Assembly (NCBI GenBank): GCA_965218295.1
Contig: CBDCKN010000017.1
Location: 32,001 to 96,000, forward strand
Source of the DNA: Longimicrobiales bacterium
GTDB taxonomy: Bacteria > Gemmatimonadota > Gemmatimonadetes > Longimicrobiales > Gaopeijiaceae
Direction: 5' to 3'
DNA: 64,000 nt
Numbering within the stretch: the stretch's first letter is position 1; every line of letters begins with the position of its first letter. The notes under the pieces are model-generated. The model was not told the DNA's origin. It made no database searches and was given only the letters and a program-made list of their open reading frames with translations. A program made the position numbers and the translations under genes. Below, one piece after another: positions 8,814 to 19,634 of this stretch.

Positions 8814-10010
8814 CTAGGAGAGCTCCTCTTGTAGCGCGAGGATCAGGTCCGGGTAACGGGCGTAGGCCCAACGGGCTTCCTCTACGTCGAGCCGCTCGCG
8901 ATTGGTGTGAGCGAAGCGCTCCTCACCCGGAGCGAACCCCACAGTGGGGATGCCGAAAACGCCTCGACTCCATCCACCGTCGGTGGCGAACGTCCACGGA
9001 CGCACCCTGGCTGGCCCCTCGCCGTCGCGGCGCCCCACCGCGGAAGCCGCAGCTAGGACCAGGGGATCGAGTGGCTCCATGAGGAAGCCGGGAGTGAACA
9101 GGCTCCGCTCACACGTTACTCCCGTGTAGGTCGCCTGCCGTTCCCTGGCCATGGATGTGGTTACGCTGAACCCGTCCGGAAGCTTCCCGAGCCGACGATC
9201 CACGGCCTCCCGCACGCGCGAGGTCATGGCCTCGTCGTCAGTGCCAGGCAGAACCCTCCAGTCCAGGACGATGGTGACGCGGTCGGGAATCACGTTCCGG
9301 CTCTCCGGCAGGACGTCCACACCAGTCGCCACCAGGCTAGACGCACCTAGAACCGGATCCTCCGGCTGGTCACGTGCCAGCTCGTGGACGGCGGCGAGTA
9401 CTTCAGGGACGGGGTCCAGGGCGTTGTGGGCCCGGTCCGGGGCGGAGGCGTGGCCGGCGAGACCGTGCACCACCACCTCGACCTCTCCCCGCCCCCGGTG
9501 GCCGATGCAGACGTCTCCTTGCGTCGATTCCCCGATCACCACGGCGCCCGGCTCCACACTCCCGGACTCGAGGAGGTGCTTCATGCCCAGACCACCCCGC
9601 TCCTCGAAGACCGTGTGCGCCACGACCACGTCTCCCGCGGCACGCCCGGTCAAGGCGGCGGCAGCGTACGTCTGCAGGGCCAGTGGACCCTTGATATCCA
9701 TGGACCCGCGACCATGAAGGAAACCCGCCGAGATGTCTCCTCCGAATGGCGGGTGCTCCCACTCGGCATGATCGCCCTCGGCCACCACATCGGTGTGGCA
9801 GTTGAGGAGCACGGGCGGGGCGGCTCCCCGGCCCATCACGCGGCCGATGACGTTCCCCACCTCGTCGATACGAACGTCTTGCAGGCCCAGGGCCTCCATC
9901 TCGCTGCGAATCCGATCGGCCACTTCACCTTCTTGCCCCGAGGGCGAGGGGATACGGATCAGGTCCTGGGCGAACGCCAGGGCGTTCTCGAAGCTGGGAT
10001 CTTTTGTCAT
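8814..10010 (-). CDS. M20/M25/M40 family metallohydrolase (ArgE/DapE/YgeY-like)
   Basis: HTDVV, GRGSMDIKG, EE, TDGG and AHT motifs. Confidence 0.9.
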   Translation of the reverse strand: MTKDPSFENALAFAQDLIRIPSPSGQEGEVADRIRSEMEALGLQDVRIDEVGNVIGRVMGRGAAPPVLLNCHTDVVAEGDHAEWEHPPFGGDISAGFLHGRGSMDIKGPLALQTYAAAALTGRAAGDVVVAHTVFEERGGLGMKHLLESGSVEPGAVVIGESTQGDVCIGHRGRGEVEVVVHGLAGHASAPDRAHNALDPVPEVLAAVHELARDQPEDPVLGASSLVATGVDVLPESRNVIPDRVTIVLDWRVLPGTDDEAMTSRVREAVDRRLGKLPDGFSVTTSMARERQATYTGVTCERSLFTPGFLMEPLDPLVLAAASAVGRRDGEGPARVRPWTFATDGGWSRGVFGIPTVGFAPGEERFAHTNRERLDVEEARWAYARYPDLILALQEELS

Positions 10011-10031
10011 GGCTCGTGGGTCCGGGCGGCC

Positions 10032-12149
10032 CTACCCGAACAGGCGGGCAACCCAGCCAAGGAGACCGGAGATCCGGCCGCCCGCGTCGATCTCGTGCAC
10101 TCGCACGAACCACGGCGCGAGCACGAGTGACACGACGCTCATCAGCTTGATGAGAATGTTGAGAGACGGCCCCGAGGTGTCCTTGAACGGGTCTCCCACC
10201 GTGTCACCGACGATCGCGGCCTTGTGGGGCTCGGAGCCCTTGCCTCCGTGGGCGCCAGCCTCGATGAGCTTCTTGGCGTTGTCCCATGCGCCCCCGGCAT
10301 TTGCCATGAAGAGCGCCATGAGCACGCCGGTGACCGTGGCACCGGCCAGGAGTCCGCCCAGGGCTTCGACGCCCAGGAAGCGGCCCACCAGCACCGGAGA
10401 GACGATGGCCATCACGCCGGGGAGGATCATCTCGCGAAGCGCGGCATCGGTGGAGATCTCTACACACCGTGCCGAATCCGGCTTCTCGGTTCCCTTCATG
10501 ATGCCCGGCCTCTCCCGGAACTGCCGACGGACCTCCTCGACCATGCCCTGAGCGGCGCGCCCCACCGCAGTCATGGTGAGCGCAGCTATGAAGAACGGGA
10601 GCATGCCACCGAGGAACAGGCCGATGACGACGATGGGCTTCACGAGATCGATCCCCGTCTCCGCCAGCCCGACCTTCGAGCTGTACGCCGAGAACAGCGC
10701 CAGCGCCGTGAGCGCGGCGGAGCCGATGGCAAAGCCCTTGCCCTGGGCGGCGGTCGTGTTGCCGATGGCGTCCAGCGAGTCGGTGATCGCGCGAGTCTCC
10801 GGTCCCAAGCCGCTCATCTCGCTGATACCACCCGCGTTGTCGGCAATGGGCCCGTAGGCGTCCACGGACATGGTGACACCCACCGTGGCCAGCATGCCGA
10901 CAGCGGCAATGCCGATGCCGTAGAGACCGGCGGACGTGAACGATGCGTAGATGGCGATACAGATGAGCAGGATGGGGACGACCGTCGACTCCATGCCCAC
11001 GGCCAGCCCGGTTATGAGATTCGTGGCCGCGCCGGTCTTGCTGGCCTCGGCGATCTTCCTGACGGGCTTCGAGGACGTGTAGTACTCGGTAACAAGCCCG
11101 ATGGCTGTACCCACCAGAGTGCCCGCGACGATGGCGAACCAGGGCCCCAGGGCAGGATAGATCCGGCCACCCTCCACCATCTGGAGGTCCAGCGCGCGGA
11201 CGATGAAGAACATGGCCACGAGGAAGAGGCCAGCGGCGATGAAGGTGACGTTCCGAAGAGCTGCGGCCGGGTCCGTGCGCTCGAGGGCCTTCATCATGCC
11301 GACTCCGACCAGCGAGGCGATGAGACCCACCATGACCGTAAAGATTGGGAGCGCTATGGCGTTGCCGACGTTTCCGGCCAGAGACGCCGCAGTCGCCGCG
11401 ATGGCGATGGTGGCGATGACCGAGCCGACATAAGACTCGAAGATGTCCGCCCCCATGCCCGCCACGTCGCCGACGTTGTCGCCGACGTTGTCGGCGATGG
11501 TCGCTGGGTTCCGGGGGTCGTCCTCGGGAATCCCCGCCTCGACCTTCCCCACGAGATCCGCTCCGACGTCTGCAGCCTTTGTGTAGATCCCACCTCCGAC
11601 GCGGGCGAAGAGGGCAATGGAACTGGCGCCCATGGCAAATCCAGAGATGATTTCCGCAAACCTGGCGTGCTCGGCAGCACCGATGGCCGTGGCCCCGAAG
11701 AACCAATAGAGCGCCCCAATGCCCACCAGGCCGAGGGCCGCCACGCAGAGTCCCATCACCGCTCCACCGAAGAACGCGACCCGGAGCGCCTTGCCCTGCC
11801 CTTCCTGGTTGGCCGCGGCGGAGGTTCGTACGTTCGCCCGCGTCGCGGCGGTCATGCCGAAGAACCCGGCCATGACCGAGCAGAGCACCCCCACAAGATA
11901 GGCGAGGGCCGTCAGGCCTGAGACCGCCCATGCCAACAGGGCGGCCACAATCACGACGAAAACGCCCAGCATGTAGTATTCTCGGCGCAGGAAGGCCATG
12001 GCCCCCTGATAGATCTGGTCGGCCAGCTCATCCATCGCCTCGCTTCCCACCGACTGACCCTTCACGTAGCGATAGATGATCCCGGCCACCACCAGGCCCA
12101 CGAGGCCCAGCGCCCAGGACCAGCTGGTAATCGTCACGAATTGGCTCAT
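10032..12149 (-). CDS. hppA: Membrane-bound K+-dependent pyrophosphatase (probably Na+-translocating)
   Basis: [44 protein letters not shown] carries the Ala of K+-dependent enzymes. Confidence 0.95.
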   Translation of the reverse strand: MSQFVTITSWSWALGLVGLVVAGIIYRYVKGQSVGSEAMDELADQIYQGAMAFLRREYYMLGVFVVIVAALLAWAVSGLTALAYLVGVLCSVMAGFFGMTAATRANVRTSAAANQEGQGKALRVAFFGGAVMGLCVAALGLVGIGALYWFFGATAIGAAEHARFAEIISGFAMGASSIALFARVGGGIYTKAADVGADLVGKVEAGIPEDDPRNPATIADNVGDNVGDVAGMGADIFESYVGSVIATIAIAATAASLAGNVGNAIALPIFTVMVGLIASLVGVGMMKALERTDPAAALRNVTFIAAGLFLVAMFFIVRALDLQMVEGGRIYPALGPWFAIVAGTLVGTAIGLVTEYYTSSKPVRKIAEASKTGAATNLITGLAVGMESTVVPILLICIAIYASFTSAGLYGIGIAAVGMLATVGVTMSVDAYGPIADNAGGISEMSGLGPETRAITDSLDAIGNTTAAQGKGFAIGSAALTALALFSAYSSKVGLAETGIDLVKPIVVIGLFLGGMLPFFIAALTMTAVGRAAQGMVEEVRRQFRERPGIMKGTEKPDSARCVEISTDAALREMILPGVMAIVSPVLVGRFLGVEALGGLLAGATVTGVLMALFMANAGGAWDNAKKLIEAGAHGGKGSEPHKAAIVGDTVGDPFKDTSGPSLNILIKLMSVVSLVLAPWFVRVHEIDAGGRISGLLGWVARLFG

Positions 12150-12216
12150 CAGGCTCCTCGTGCTGTTGACAGCGTCTTTGACAGCATCAGCGTGAAACGC
12201 ACGGCCTCCGCGCGGA

Positions 12217-12780
12217 TCACCGGTTGCACTGGTTCATCGCCTCCTCGATACCATCCGTCATCCAGACCTCCACGGCCTTGCTGAGCTCTGGAAGAAGCGC
12301 CACCACCACGTCCTCGTCCGCACTCCCCATGGGTGACAGCACCCAGTCGGAGAGGTCCTCGCCATCCTGCGCCTGCCCGACTCCCACGCGTAACCGCCCG
12401 TACTCCTCGGTGCCGAGGGCACCGGATACCGACTTCAGGCCCTTGTGGCCACCGGACCCACCTCCGGGTCGGAAGCGCACACGGCCCAGGCCCAGCGCCG
12501 CGTCATCCGACACGACCAACAGGTCCTGGCCGACGTCGAATTCCCGAATCGTAGCGAGGGCGACGAGGGCCGCCCCGCTATTGTTCATGAATGTGGTTGG
12601 CTTCATGAGGCGGGCTGGAACGTCGCCCACCATACCGTCTACCTGCAGGCTTCGGCCTTTCTTCTCGAAGGTCCCGAAGCCCCAGTCGTAGGCGAGCCGG
12701 TCCACGACCCACCAGCCCACGTTGTGCCGGGTGTCGTCGTATTCGGGCCCGGGATTGCCGAGCCCGACGATCACCTTCAC
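12217..12780 (-). CDS. pth: Peptidyl-tRNA hydrolase
   Basis: GTG start [32 protein letters not shown]. Confidence 0.95.
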   Translation of the reverse strand: MKVIVGLGNPGPEYDDTRHNVGWWVVDRLAYDWGFGTFEKKGRSLQVDGMVGDVPARLMKPTTFMNNSGAALVALATIREFDVGQDLLVVSDDAALGLGRVRFRPGGGSGGHKGLKSVSGALGTEEYGRLRVGVGQAQDGEDLSDWVLSPMGSADEDVVVALLPELSKAVEVWMTDGIEEAMNQCNR

Positions 12781-12803
12781 GACACGAGATCCGACGAGTG
12801 CGA

Positions 12804-13508
12804 TCAGCCCTCGGAGTCCTCGTCTCCACCCGCGGAAGCATCGGCATCGTCGGCGGGGGCTCCCTCTGCACCCTCTGCACCCTCTTCCCCTTCGACCTCG
12901 ACGCCCTCTTCCAGCTCCTCCTCCTCTTCCTCTTCGACGACCTCGACCTTGGGCACAGCCACGAGGCACAGTGTCCGGATGGGATCGGTCAGGAGCTCCA
13001 CATCCCCCTCGACCTGGATCTCCCTGGCGTGGATCAAGTCACCGATCTCCAGCCCGGAGACGTCGACCTCAATGATCTCGGGGATCTTGGACGGGACGCA
13101 CTTGACCCGGAGCTCATGGAGGATCACTTCCAGAACGCCGCCATCCTTCACGCCCTCTGGAGTCCCCATGTAGTTGACGGGAACGTCGACTTCGATAGCC
13201 ACACCTCTCTGGATGCGGTAGAAATCGACGTGGACGATGTCCGGCCGGAACGAGTGCATCTGGATCTCGCGCACCAGCGTTTCCAACTCCTCGGCCTCGT
13301 CCTCGATCTTCACGTTAACGATCGTGTTCTCCACGGAGATGGAGTGGAAAAGGTGACCGGTTTCCTGAGCATCGACCGTAAGCGCGATGGGATCCTGACC
13401 CTTGCCGTAGAGCACAGCCGGGATCTGACCCGCCGCCCGAATCCTCCGCGCCGCACCCTTACCGGTCTCGCTGCGCCGCTTCGCCGTAAGTCCCGACTTA
13501 ACACTCAT
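12804..13508 (-). CDS. rplY: 50S ribosomal protein L25/Ctc
   Basis: GKGAARRIRAAGQIPAVLYG, HVDFY, acidic tail. Confidence 0.96.
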   Translation of the reverse strand: MSVKSGLTAKRRSETGKGAARRIRAAGQIPAVLYGKGQDPIALTVDAQETGHLFHSISVENTIVNVKIEDEAEELETLVREIQMHSFRPDIVHVDFYRIQRGVAIEVDVPVNYMGTPEGVKDGGVLEVILHELRVKCVPSKIPEIIEVDVSGLEIGDLIHAREIQVEGDVELLTDPIRTLCLVAVPKVEVVEEEEEEELEEGVEVEGEEGAEGAEGAPADDADASAGGDEDSEG

Positions 13509-13558
13509 TTTCTCGTTCCTGGTCTCTTGTAGTTCCGCCGAGACATGGGGCCTCTCGG

Positions 13559-14524
13559 CTACGCCTCGACGGCCAGCTCGAACAGCTTGGTCACCGATTC
13601 GTTCTTGTGAACGCACTCGATGGCCTTCGCGAAAAGACTGGCCACCGAAAGTATCTTCAGGCCCTCGAAGCGCCGCTCCTCCGGAACGTGGATCGTGTTG
13701 GTCACCACGAACTCTTCGAGGGGGGCCGCAGCCAGCTTCTCCACCGCGTTCCCGGAGAGCAGGGCGTGGGTGGCGCCTGCGTAGACACTCTTCGCCCCTC
13801 GGTCGCACAGCGCCTGCACGGCGTTTGCCAGCGTCCCACTCGTATCGACCATGTCGTCCACGAGAAGGCATGTCCGGCCGTCGACCTCACCGACCACATT
13901 CAGGACCTCGGCTTCGTTCGCGGCGGGTCGCCTCTTGTCGATGATGGCGAAGGTCCCGTCGAGCCGCTTCGCGAATCCCCTGGCCATCTTCGCCGAACCC
14001 ACATCGGGCGCCACCACTACCAGATCCGGCAGTCTCTTCTCCCGGAAGTAGTGGGTCAGGACCGGCGCGGCGTACAGATGGTCCACCGGGATGTCGAAGA
14101 ACCCCTGGATCTGATGCTGATGGAAGTCCATCCCGATGAGTCGGTCCGCACCGGCCGCCACCATGAGATTCGCCACCAACTTCGCCCCGATGGCCACACG
14201 AGGTTGGTCCTTGCGGTCCTGCCGGCCGTACCCGAAGTACGGGACGACTGCCGTAACCTGAGCCGCCGACGCGCGTTTCGCGGCATCGATCAGCAAGAGC
14301 AGCTCCATGATACTGTCGGCCGGAGCCACGGTCGGCTGAATGATGTAAACGTCGCGTCCACGGGCATTCCGATCGATACGAACGAAGATCTCCCCGTCGG
14401 CGAAATCACGGATAGTGGCCGACTCGGCGTCCTCCCCGAGGATCTGTCCGATCTCCACTCCGAGCGGGCGGTTGGCCCGTCCTGTAAGCAGGAGGAGCGG
14501 TCCTCTGCGAAACGTGTCGTCCAT
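13559..14524 (-). CDS. prs: Ribose-phosphate pyrophosphokinase
   Basis: FADGEIFV, PYFGYGRQDRK, VVAPDVG, VDDMVDT. Confidence 0.97.
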   Translation of the reverse strand: MDDTFRRGPLLLLTGRANRPLGVEIGQILGEDAESATIRDFADGEIFVRIDRNARGRDVYIIQPTVAPADSIMELLLLIDAAKRASAAQVTAVVPYFGYGRQDRKDQPRVAIGAKLVANLMVAAGADRLIGMDFHQHQIQGFFDIPVDHLYAAPVLTHYFREKRLPDLVVVAPDVGSAKMARGFAKRLDGTFAIIDKRRPAANEAEVLNVVGEVDGRTCLLVDDMVDTSGTLANAVQALCDRGAKSVYAGATHALLSGNAVEKLAAAPLEEFVVTNTIHVPEERRFEGLKILSVASLFAKAIECVHKNESVTKLFELAVEA

Positions 14525-14566
14525 TGACCTCAGCTCGAATGTGGCGCTAGGCAGCAACAGCCAAAA

Positions 14567-14594
14567 AAGTTAGAGCTAAGGAGGGGGGCGTCAA
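14567..14594 (-). promoter_or_regulatory. Putative sigma70 promoter for prs-rplY-pth
   Basis: TTGACG-N16-TAACTT on the minus strand in an AT-richer patch. Confidence 0.4.
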
Positions 14595-14629
14595 CGCCAA
14601 ACCCCTTGTGGCTGGCTGCGTTCGGGCCT

Positions 14630-16480
14630 TCAAGGAGAGACGCCGACGGCCCTGGTTCGAACCAGCGGTTCGCGGCCTCGAATGGACACCTCGAGTCGAA
14701 AGAGATACTCCCCGGGCTCCAGGTCGGGCATGTCCACCTTCACAGAGCGGAACCAGGGTCCCGTCTCGACGGGACCGGGCTCTCTCCAACCGATCTGGAG
14801 AGGCTCGTCACGTCCTCCGCCGAAGCCCAGCCAGCGCCCCACCTTGCCGAAGAACCCCTCCCCTTCTTTGTAGAGGCTCAACACGAAGTCCACGTTCTCC
14901 TGCCGCCAGCCCAACCCGAAGATCTCCCAACCGACCGCTATCTCTTGCCCCGAGGACAGCTCGAGTGACGGTCGCATGAGCGGCAGGGCCAGGTCGAGCT
15001 GCTGCGGCAGTGAATCGGCGGAGTAGAGAATGATCAGGTCGGAGAGGGTGGCCAGATCCTCGGGGATCGTATCCGTCACGATCCCATGCCGCAGGCGTCC
15101 ACCCCGACCTGTCGTTGGCAACCAGGCCTCGAGGCTCAGAAGGTACCGACCCGCCGGCACGGAGAGTGCGAGCACGCTCTCGCTGTCGCCTCGATGCCGC
15201 GCTTCCCTGAATCGCCTCTCGGAATCGATCAGGAAGAGGCCTACCTGGTCGGGCTCGTCCAGGAGCCCCGGCTGCGCCCACGCAAACGGGCCATCCGGCT
15301 CGTCGGAGGGGACCTCGCTGGGAAACGACTGCGCGGCCGAAGAGTCTGATGGCTCGGGCATCCTCGTGGCGGCTGCCACCAGGATGGAGTCCCCCCGGTG
15401 AAAAACGGCTACCTGCCCGACCCCCGGCTCGAGATCGGGAGAGTACGCCGCGACGTGGGCGCTCCGGGGGTGCTCGGCCGGAATCCACGCACCGGGCTCG
15501 GTCTGCGACGGCCGCCCCAGCACGAACCCGGGTGGCACGAACTCCCGCGCATCCGGGTGGGAGTGTCCGATGGTGCTCCCGTCGGGACGGACGAAACCCA
15601 CGTTCGGTCGGCGTCTCTCCCAACCCTTCTCCCATCCGTAGCGAACCGTCAGTTCCTCGAGATCGCTTCCCCAGCGAAGTCTATGCGGGTTGCGGGCGCG
15701 ATCGCTCATCTGGGAGAACGTCCACCGAGCATAGTGCTCCGTCTCTCGATCGTTTCCCGGCATCAGGTACAGTGGATCGGCGAGATGCCAGAACGTGGCC
15801 CTCAGCGCCTCCCACTCCTCTTCGAAGGCGTCGTTCATCAGGTCTTGGGCCTTCCCGTCCAGGAGGATCTCGGGATCGCGCCACTTGCGCGCCTCCTCCG
15901 GATCCATGTCGGCGAGTCCGTGCCGGAAGGCCGCCATGGCCGGCCCGTAATCCCCCGCACCGTGAAGAGCGAACCCCGCGAGTACGTCGCACCACCAGTT
16001 CGGCTCGACGCCGCACGCTCCGGCCAACTGCGCAGCCTCTCTCCAGCGGCCCGCCTCGGCCAGGTAGAAGACCCGCTGCCCGAGTATCCACCTGTCACCC
16101 GTAATCTGCGCGGAAAGTTCGGAGAGCTCGGTCAGCAGTGCTTCCCGCAAATCCACCAGCTCCGGTGGATCCGGAATGGGTTTCCAGCTGTCGTCCCCGG
16201 AGTGCCACATGCAGAACCGCCCTACTCGGTTCTCGCAGGGGCGGCCGCTCTCGGCAAAAGCCCACGGCAGGAGGCGATGGCGTCGGCGCTCGAAGCGAGC
16301 TTGAGCGTCTCGGGCCTTTCCGAGCACGTCGGAGGAGTCGGGGCCCATGGGCCGGGGAGGCTCCTGTAGAACCCCCGGAGTCGAATCCCGCGCGGTGGTG
16401 GCGAGGGCTCTACTTTCCCCGGGTCCGAACCCCAATCCCATGGCCACGAAGAGTGCGGGTCCGATCAGGATCCGGGTCAT
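14630..16480 (-). CDS. Secreted hypothetical protein with Cys pairs and a C-terminal Ig-like segment
   Basis: Long ORF with signal-peptide-like MTRILIGPALFVAMGLG. No recognised catalytic motif. Confidence 0.7.
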   Translation of the reverse strand: MTRILIGPALFVAMGLGFGPGESRALATTARDSTPGVLQEPPRPMGPDSSDVLGKARDAQARFERRRHRLLPWAFAESGRPCENRVGRFCMWHSGDDSWKPIPDPPELVDLREALLTELSELSAQITGDRWILGQRVFYLAEAGRWREAAQLAGACGVEPNWWCDVLAGFALHGAGDYGPAMAAFRHGLADMDPEEARKWRDPEILLDGKAQDLMNDAFEEEWEALRATFWHLADPLYLMPGNDRETEHYARWTFSQMSDRARNPHRLRWGSDLEELTVRYGWEKGWERRRPNVGFVRPDGSTIGHSHPDAREFVPPGFVLGRPSQTEPGAWIPAEHPRSAHVAAYSPDLEPGVGQVAVFHRGDSILVAAATRMPEPSDSSAAQSFPSEVPSDEPDGPFAWAQPGLLDEPDQVGLFLIDSERRFREARHRGDSESVLALSVPAGRYLLSLEAWLPTTGRGGRLRHGIVTDTIPEDLATLSDLIILYSADSLPQQLDLALPLMRPSLELSSGQEIAVGWEIFGLGWRQENVDFVLSLYKEGEGFFGKVGRWLGFGGGRDEPLQIGWREPGPVETGPWFRSVKVDMPDLEPGEYLFRLEVSIRGREPLVRTRAVGVSP

Positions 16481-16689
16481 GATCCGCGTCCGTGCATCAT
16501 GCGCATTGCGGCAACGGCACCTCGAATAGCGGGAGCGGCCCGGATCGGGCCGACCTGTCCCCACCGGAGAACTCGACCTCCACAAAACGGCCTAACGTGG
16601 GCGGAGCGCCACACTTCCGGATACGGGTCGACCTCCTAGGGCACGACATCGGAGGAAAGGTTGTCCCGGCCCCTTGGATGGGCAAGAAC

Positions 16690-16722
16690 AACCCCCGGGA
16701 AAGCCGAACGATCACGGGGGTT
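16690..16722 (-). terminator. Hairpin downstream of tRNA-Gln
   Basis: AACCCCCG...CGGGGGTT inverted repeat followed by GTTCTTG on the minus strand. Confidence 0.45.
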
Positions 16723-16730
16723 CTGGAGAG

Positions 16731-16801
16731 TTGGCCCGGATGGATTCGAACCATCACCGCCGGTGCCAAAGACCGGTGTCCTGCCATTAGACGACGGGCC
16801 A
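16731..16801 (-). tRNA. tRNA-Gln (TTG); CCA not encoded
   Basis: TGGCCCGTCGTCTAATGGCAGGACACCGGTCTTTGGCACCGGCGGTGATGGTTCGAATCCATCCGGGCCAA folds as a cloverleaf with U1-A72, anticodon TTG and a GTTCGAATC T-loop. Confidence 0.97.
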
Positions 16802-16907
16802 TGAAGGAAAGTGCAGCTGTCCCTGCTGGACGGACCCTCGGGCACGAAGCAGGTGACACAATCCTACCCGAGGGCCGTCCTCGGTTCAACCCGTGACGCC
16901 CGAGGAT

Positions 16908-17795
16908 CTACGACGCGAAGGTGGGACTCGGCTGGGTCGCCAGCGTGTGTGTGACCACGAATCGGACGTCGCTCCAGGCGGCTGACAGCGACTCCCGCGC
17001 CGACTCCGCAGACGCCTTCTCGTCGAACAGTGCAAAGAGCGCCCCGCCGCTTCCCGCAAGCCGGGCCGTGAGGGCGCCCTGACAGTCCATCGCTTCCCTC
17101 AGCGCGCCCAGCCGTGGATGGCGAGCGAAGACCGAGGCCTCGAAATCGTTCACGGAAATCTCGGCGAGACCCTCGGATTGCTCGAACGCGACCGGGTCGT
17201 GAACAGACGGCGTGACCCCAGCCCGGGCGCCGAGCTCCCCATAGGCATCGGCTGTGGACACCTTCACGGATGATAGAGCCAACAGTACCGTGACGTCGTC
17301 GTGCCCGGGGATACTCAGGAGCCGCTCCCCGCGCCCCCGGGCCAGCGCTCTCCCGGCTCCGGACGCGAAGAAAGGAACGTCGGCGCCCAGGTCGACGCCC
17401 AGAAGGACCAGGTCCGACTGAGGCACCGGGCTGCCGAGGAGTACGTTCAGCGCCCGCAGCGTCGCCCCCGCATCCGACGATCCACCCCCCAGCCCGGCGC
17501 CTGCCGGGATGTTTTTCGTCAGGCGAATCCGAACACCCACATCTGCCGAGGCGGCCTCGAGGAATCTCCGCGCCGCCCGGTAGGCCAGGTTCTGCTCCTC
17601 CGGTCCAACGTCGGGCCCGACCACCTCCACCGACACACCGTCGCCCGCACGCTCCAGGCGTAGCTCGTCGCAGAAGTCGACGGCGGCGAAGAGCGTCTCA
17701 ATCTGATGATATCCGGAAGTCTCCTGAGCGAGGACCCGAAGGAAGAGGTTGATCTTGGCCGGGGCACGCACGTGCACAACGCCGTGATCAGGCAT
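16908..17795 (-). CDS. ispE: 4-diphosphocytidyl-2-C-methyl-D-erythritol kinase
   Basis: APAKINLFL, KNIPAGAGLGGGSSDA, GADVPFF. Confidence 0.95.
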   Translation of the reverse strand: MPDHGVVHVRAPAKINLFLRVLAQETSGYHQIETLFAAVDFCDELRLERAGDGVSVEVVGPDVGPEEQNLAYRAARRFLEAASADVGVRIRLTKNIPAGAGLGGGSSDAGATLRALNVLLGSPVPQSDLVLLGVDLGADVPFFASGAGRALARGRGERLLSIPGHDDVTVLLALSSVKVSTADAYGELGARAGVTPSVHDPVAFEQSEGLAEISVNDFEASVFARHPRLGALREAMDCQGALTARLAGSGGALFALFDEKASAESARESLSAAWSDVRFVVTHTLATQPSPTFAS

Positions 17796-18894
17796 GGTCG
17801 GAGGGCCCGTGTCCACCATCCCGATGCCCGCCCTCACCGACAACATTCGCTTCCCTAGTGGGGAGTACCTCGGCTTCCATTGCGTGCCGAAGGGCCGCAC
17901 TTCCGCGTACGTCCGACACGGAAAAGCCCATGCGCCACGCATAGTAGAAGCCGATGATCGTGACCGGGAAGAAGCCGCCCAGGTGATATCCGAAGGCGAA
18001 GGCCAGCGTGGCGGGTGCTGCCACGCCGTAGACACCATTCAAAGCCAGGTCGGCGCCGAGCTGGAAGGTGCCGAAGAAGCCGGGAGCCGCTGGGATAGCC
18101 ACCGCGAAGCCCACCACGGCCGTGGTAAAGACGGCTGCGTCGAACCCGAGATCGATCCCGAACGCCTTCATGCCGAGCCAAAAGGACCAACCGTGCCACA
18201 GCCAGAAACCGAAGCTCCACACGATGGCCTCGGTGAGCAGCCTCGGATGCCGTAGAACCTTGAGAGCATGAAGGAAGGACTCCAAGGCCCCCACCAGCCT
18301 CTGGCCCAAGGGACCGGGCAGCCGGCCGCACAACGTTTCGGCTAATCGAATGAGAGGCTCTGGAAAGATCAGGAGTGCGATGAGCCCCAGCAGGAAAACC
18401 GCCAGCATCACGAAAGTGGTCTTGAGAACCGCCCCGACGGCTCCGGCCAGGAGATCCTCCGCGCCGGGAAAAGACGGAAGAGCCATCGCCACGAGGAACA
18501 GGGTCACCAGGACGATGGAGTCCAGGAAGCGCTCCACCACTAGGCTCCCGAAGGCTCCCGAGACCGTTACCGGCTCGGCCCGGCTCAGTGCGAAGGGCCT
18601 GGCCAGCTCCCCGAGCCTCGCCGGAAAGACGTTGTTGACGGCGAAGCCGATACAGATGGCTGCGAATCGGGACCGGAGCCTCGTGTCGGGGCTCACCGGT
18701 TGGAGGAGCACGTTCCAGCGGAGCGCGCGGATGAAGTAACCGGCCGTTCCCACCAGAATCGAGGCCAGGAAATACCACGGATTGGCCCGGGAGATCTGTT
18801 CCACGATCTGCCCGGGATCCTCCCCACGCAGCACCCACCAGATGAAGAACGCGCTGACGCCGATTCCGACGACGGCCTTCCAGCTCAGCCTCAA
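17788..18894 (-). CDS. Lysylphosphatidylglycerol synthase TM-domain (UPF0104 flippase-like) protein
   Basis: [22 protein letters not shown] and PAAPGFFG motifs. Confidence 0.88.
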   Translation of the reverse strand: MRLSWKAVVGIGVSAFFIWWVLRGEDPGQIVEQISRANPWYFLASILVGTAGYFIRALRWNVLLQPVSPDTRLRSRFAAICIGFAVNNVFPARLGELARPFALSRAEPVTVSGAFGSLVVERFLDSIVLVTLFLVAMALPSFPGAEDLLAGAVGAVLKTTFVMLAVFLLGLIALLIFPEPLIRLAETLCGRLPGPLGQRLVGALESFLHALKVLRHPRLLTEAIVWSFGFWLWHGWSFWLGMKAFGIDLGFDAAVFTTAVVGFAVAIPAAPGFFGTFQLGADLALNGVYGVAAPATLAFAFGYHLGGFFPVTIIGFYYAWRMGFSVSDVRGSAALRHAMEAEVLPTREANVVGEGGHRDGGHGPSDHA

Positions 18895-19634
18895 GTGCCG
18901 GTCACTCCACCCCTGGCGGCCCGGATGAGCTCACCCATCTCGCGGACTGCCCGTTCCATACCGACGAGAACCGCACGGGAGACGATGGAGTGTCCGATGT
19001 TCAGCTCCTCAATGGGTTCGATGGCGGCCACGGGCATGACGTTCTCATACGTGAGTCCGTGTCCTGCGTGAACCGCCAGGCCGATGCTCTCGGCGAGCCC
19101 GGCGGCATCTGCCAGGCGGGTGAGCTGAGCGTCGCCTTCCGCCTCCGACCACGTGTTGGCGTACTCACCTGTGTGCAGCTCGATGGCATCGACACCAAGG
19201 TCGGCGCAGATGCGGACGAGCTCCTCGTCGGGATCAATGAACAGAGAAGTGCGGATCCCGGCATCGGCGAGCCGCGCCAGAGCCGCACCGGTGGACGCAT
19301 GCACCCCGTCGTCCTGGAGCGCCAGCCCCCCCTCCGTCGTCACCTCCTCGCGCTTCTCGGGGACGAGCGTAGCCTGCATGGGCCGGAGCTCGCACGCGAT
19401 GTCGAGGACATCGGTGGCGGCAGCGAGCTCGAGATTGACCCCTGTGCGCACGGTCTCCATGAGAAGTCGGACGTCCCTCTCGTTGACGTGGCGCCGATCC
19501 TCACGCAGGTGCACCGTGATCCCATGGGCACCCGCCAGCTCGACGAACACGGCGGCACGAACCGGATCGGGTTCGTCAGTGCGACGGGCCTCTCGCACGG
19601 TCGCCACATGATCGATGTTGACGTAGAACCTCAT
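18891..19634 (-). CDS. pdxJ: Pyridoxine 5'-phosphate synthase
   Basis: [29 protein letters not shown]. Confidence 0.98.
   Translation of the reverse strand: MRFYVNIDHVATVREARRTDEPDPVRAAVFVELAGAHGITVHLREDRRHVNERDVRLLMETVRTGVNLELAAATDVLDIACELRPMQATLVPEKREEVTTEGGLALQDDGVHASTGAALARLADAGIRTSLFIDPDEELVRICADLGVDAIELHTGEYANTWSEAEGDAQLTRLADAAGLAESIGLAVHAGHGLTYENVMPVAAIEPIEELNIGHSIVSRAVLVGMERAVREMGELIRAARGGVTGT

Noticed and set aside
16481..16730. tRNA-Gln as an integration site
   Set aside because: No integrase, no duplicated tRNA 3' end seen, and no compositional shift.
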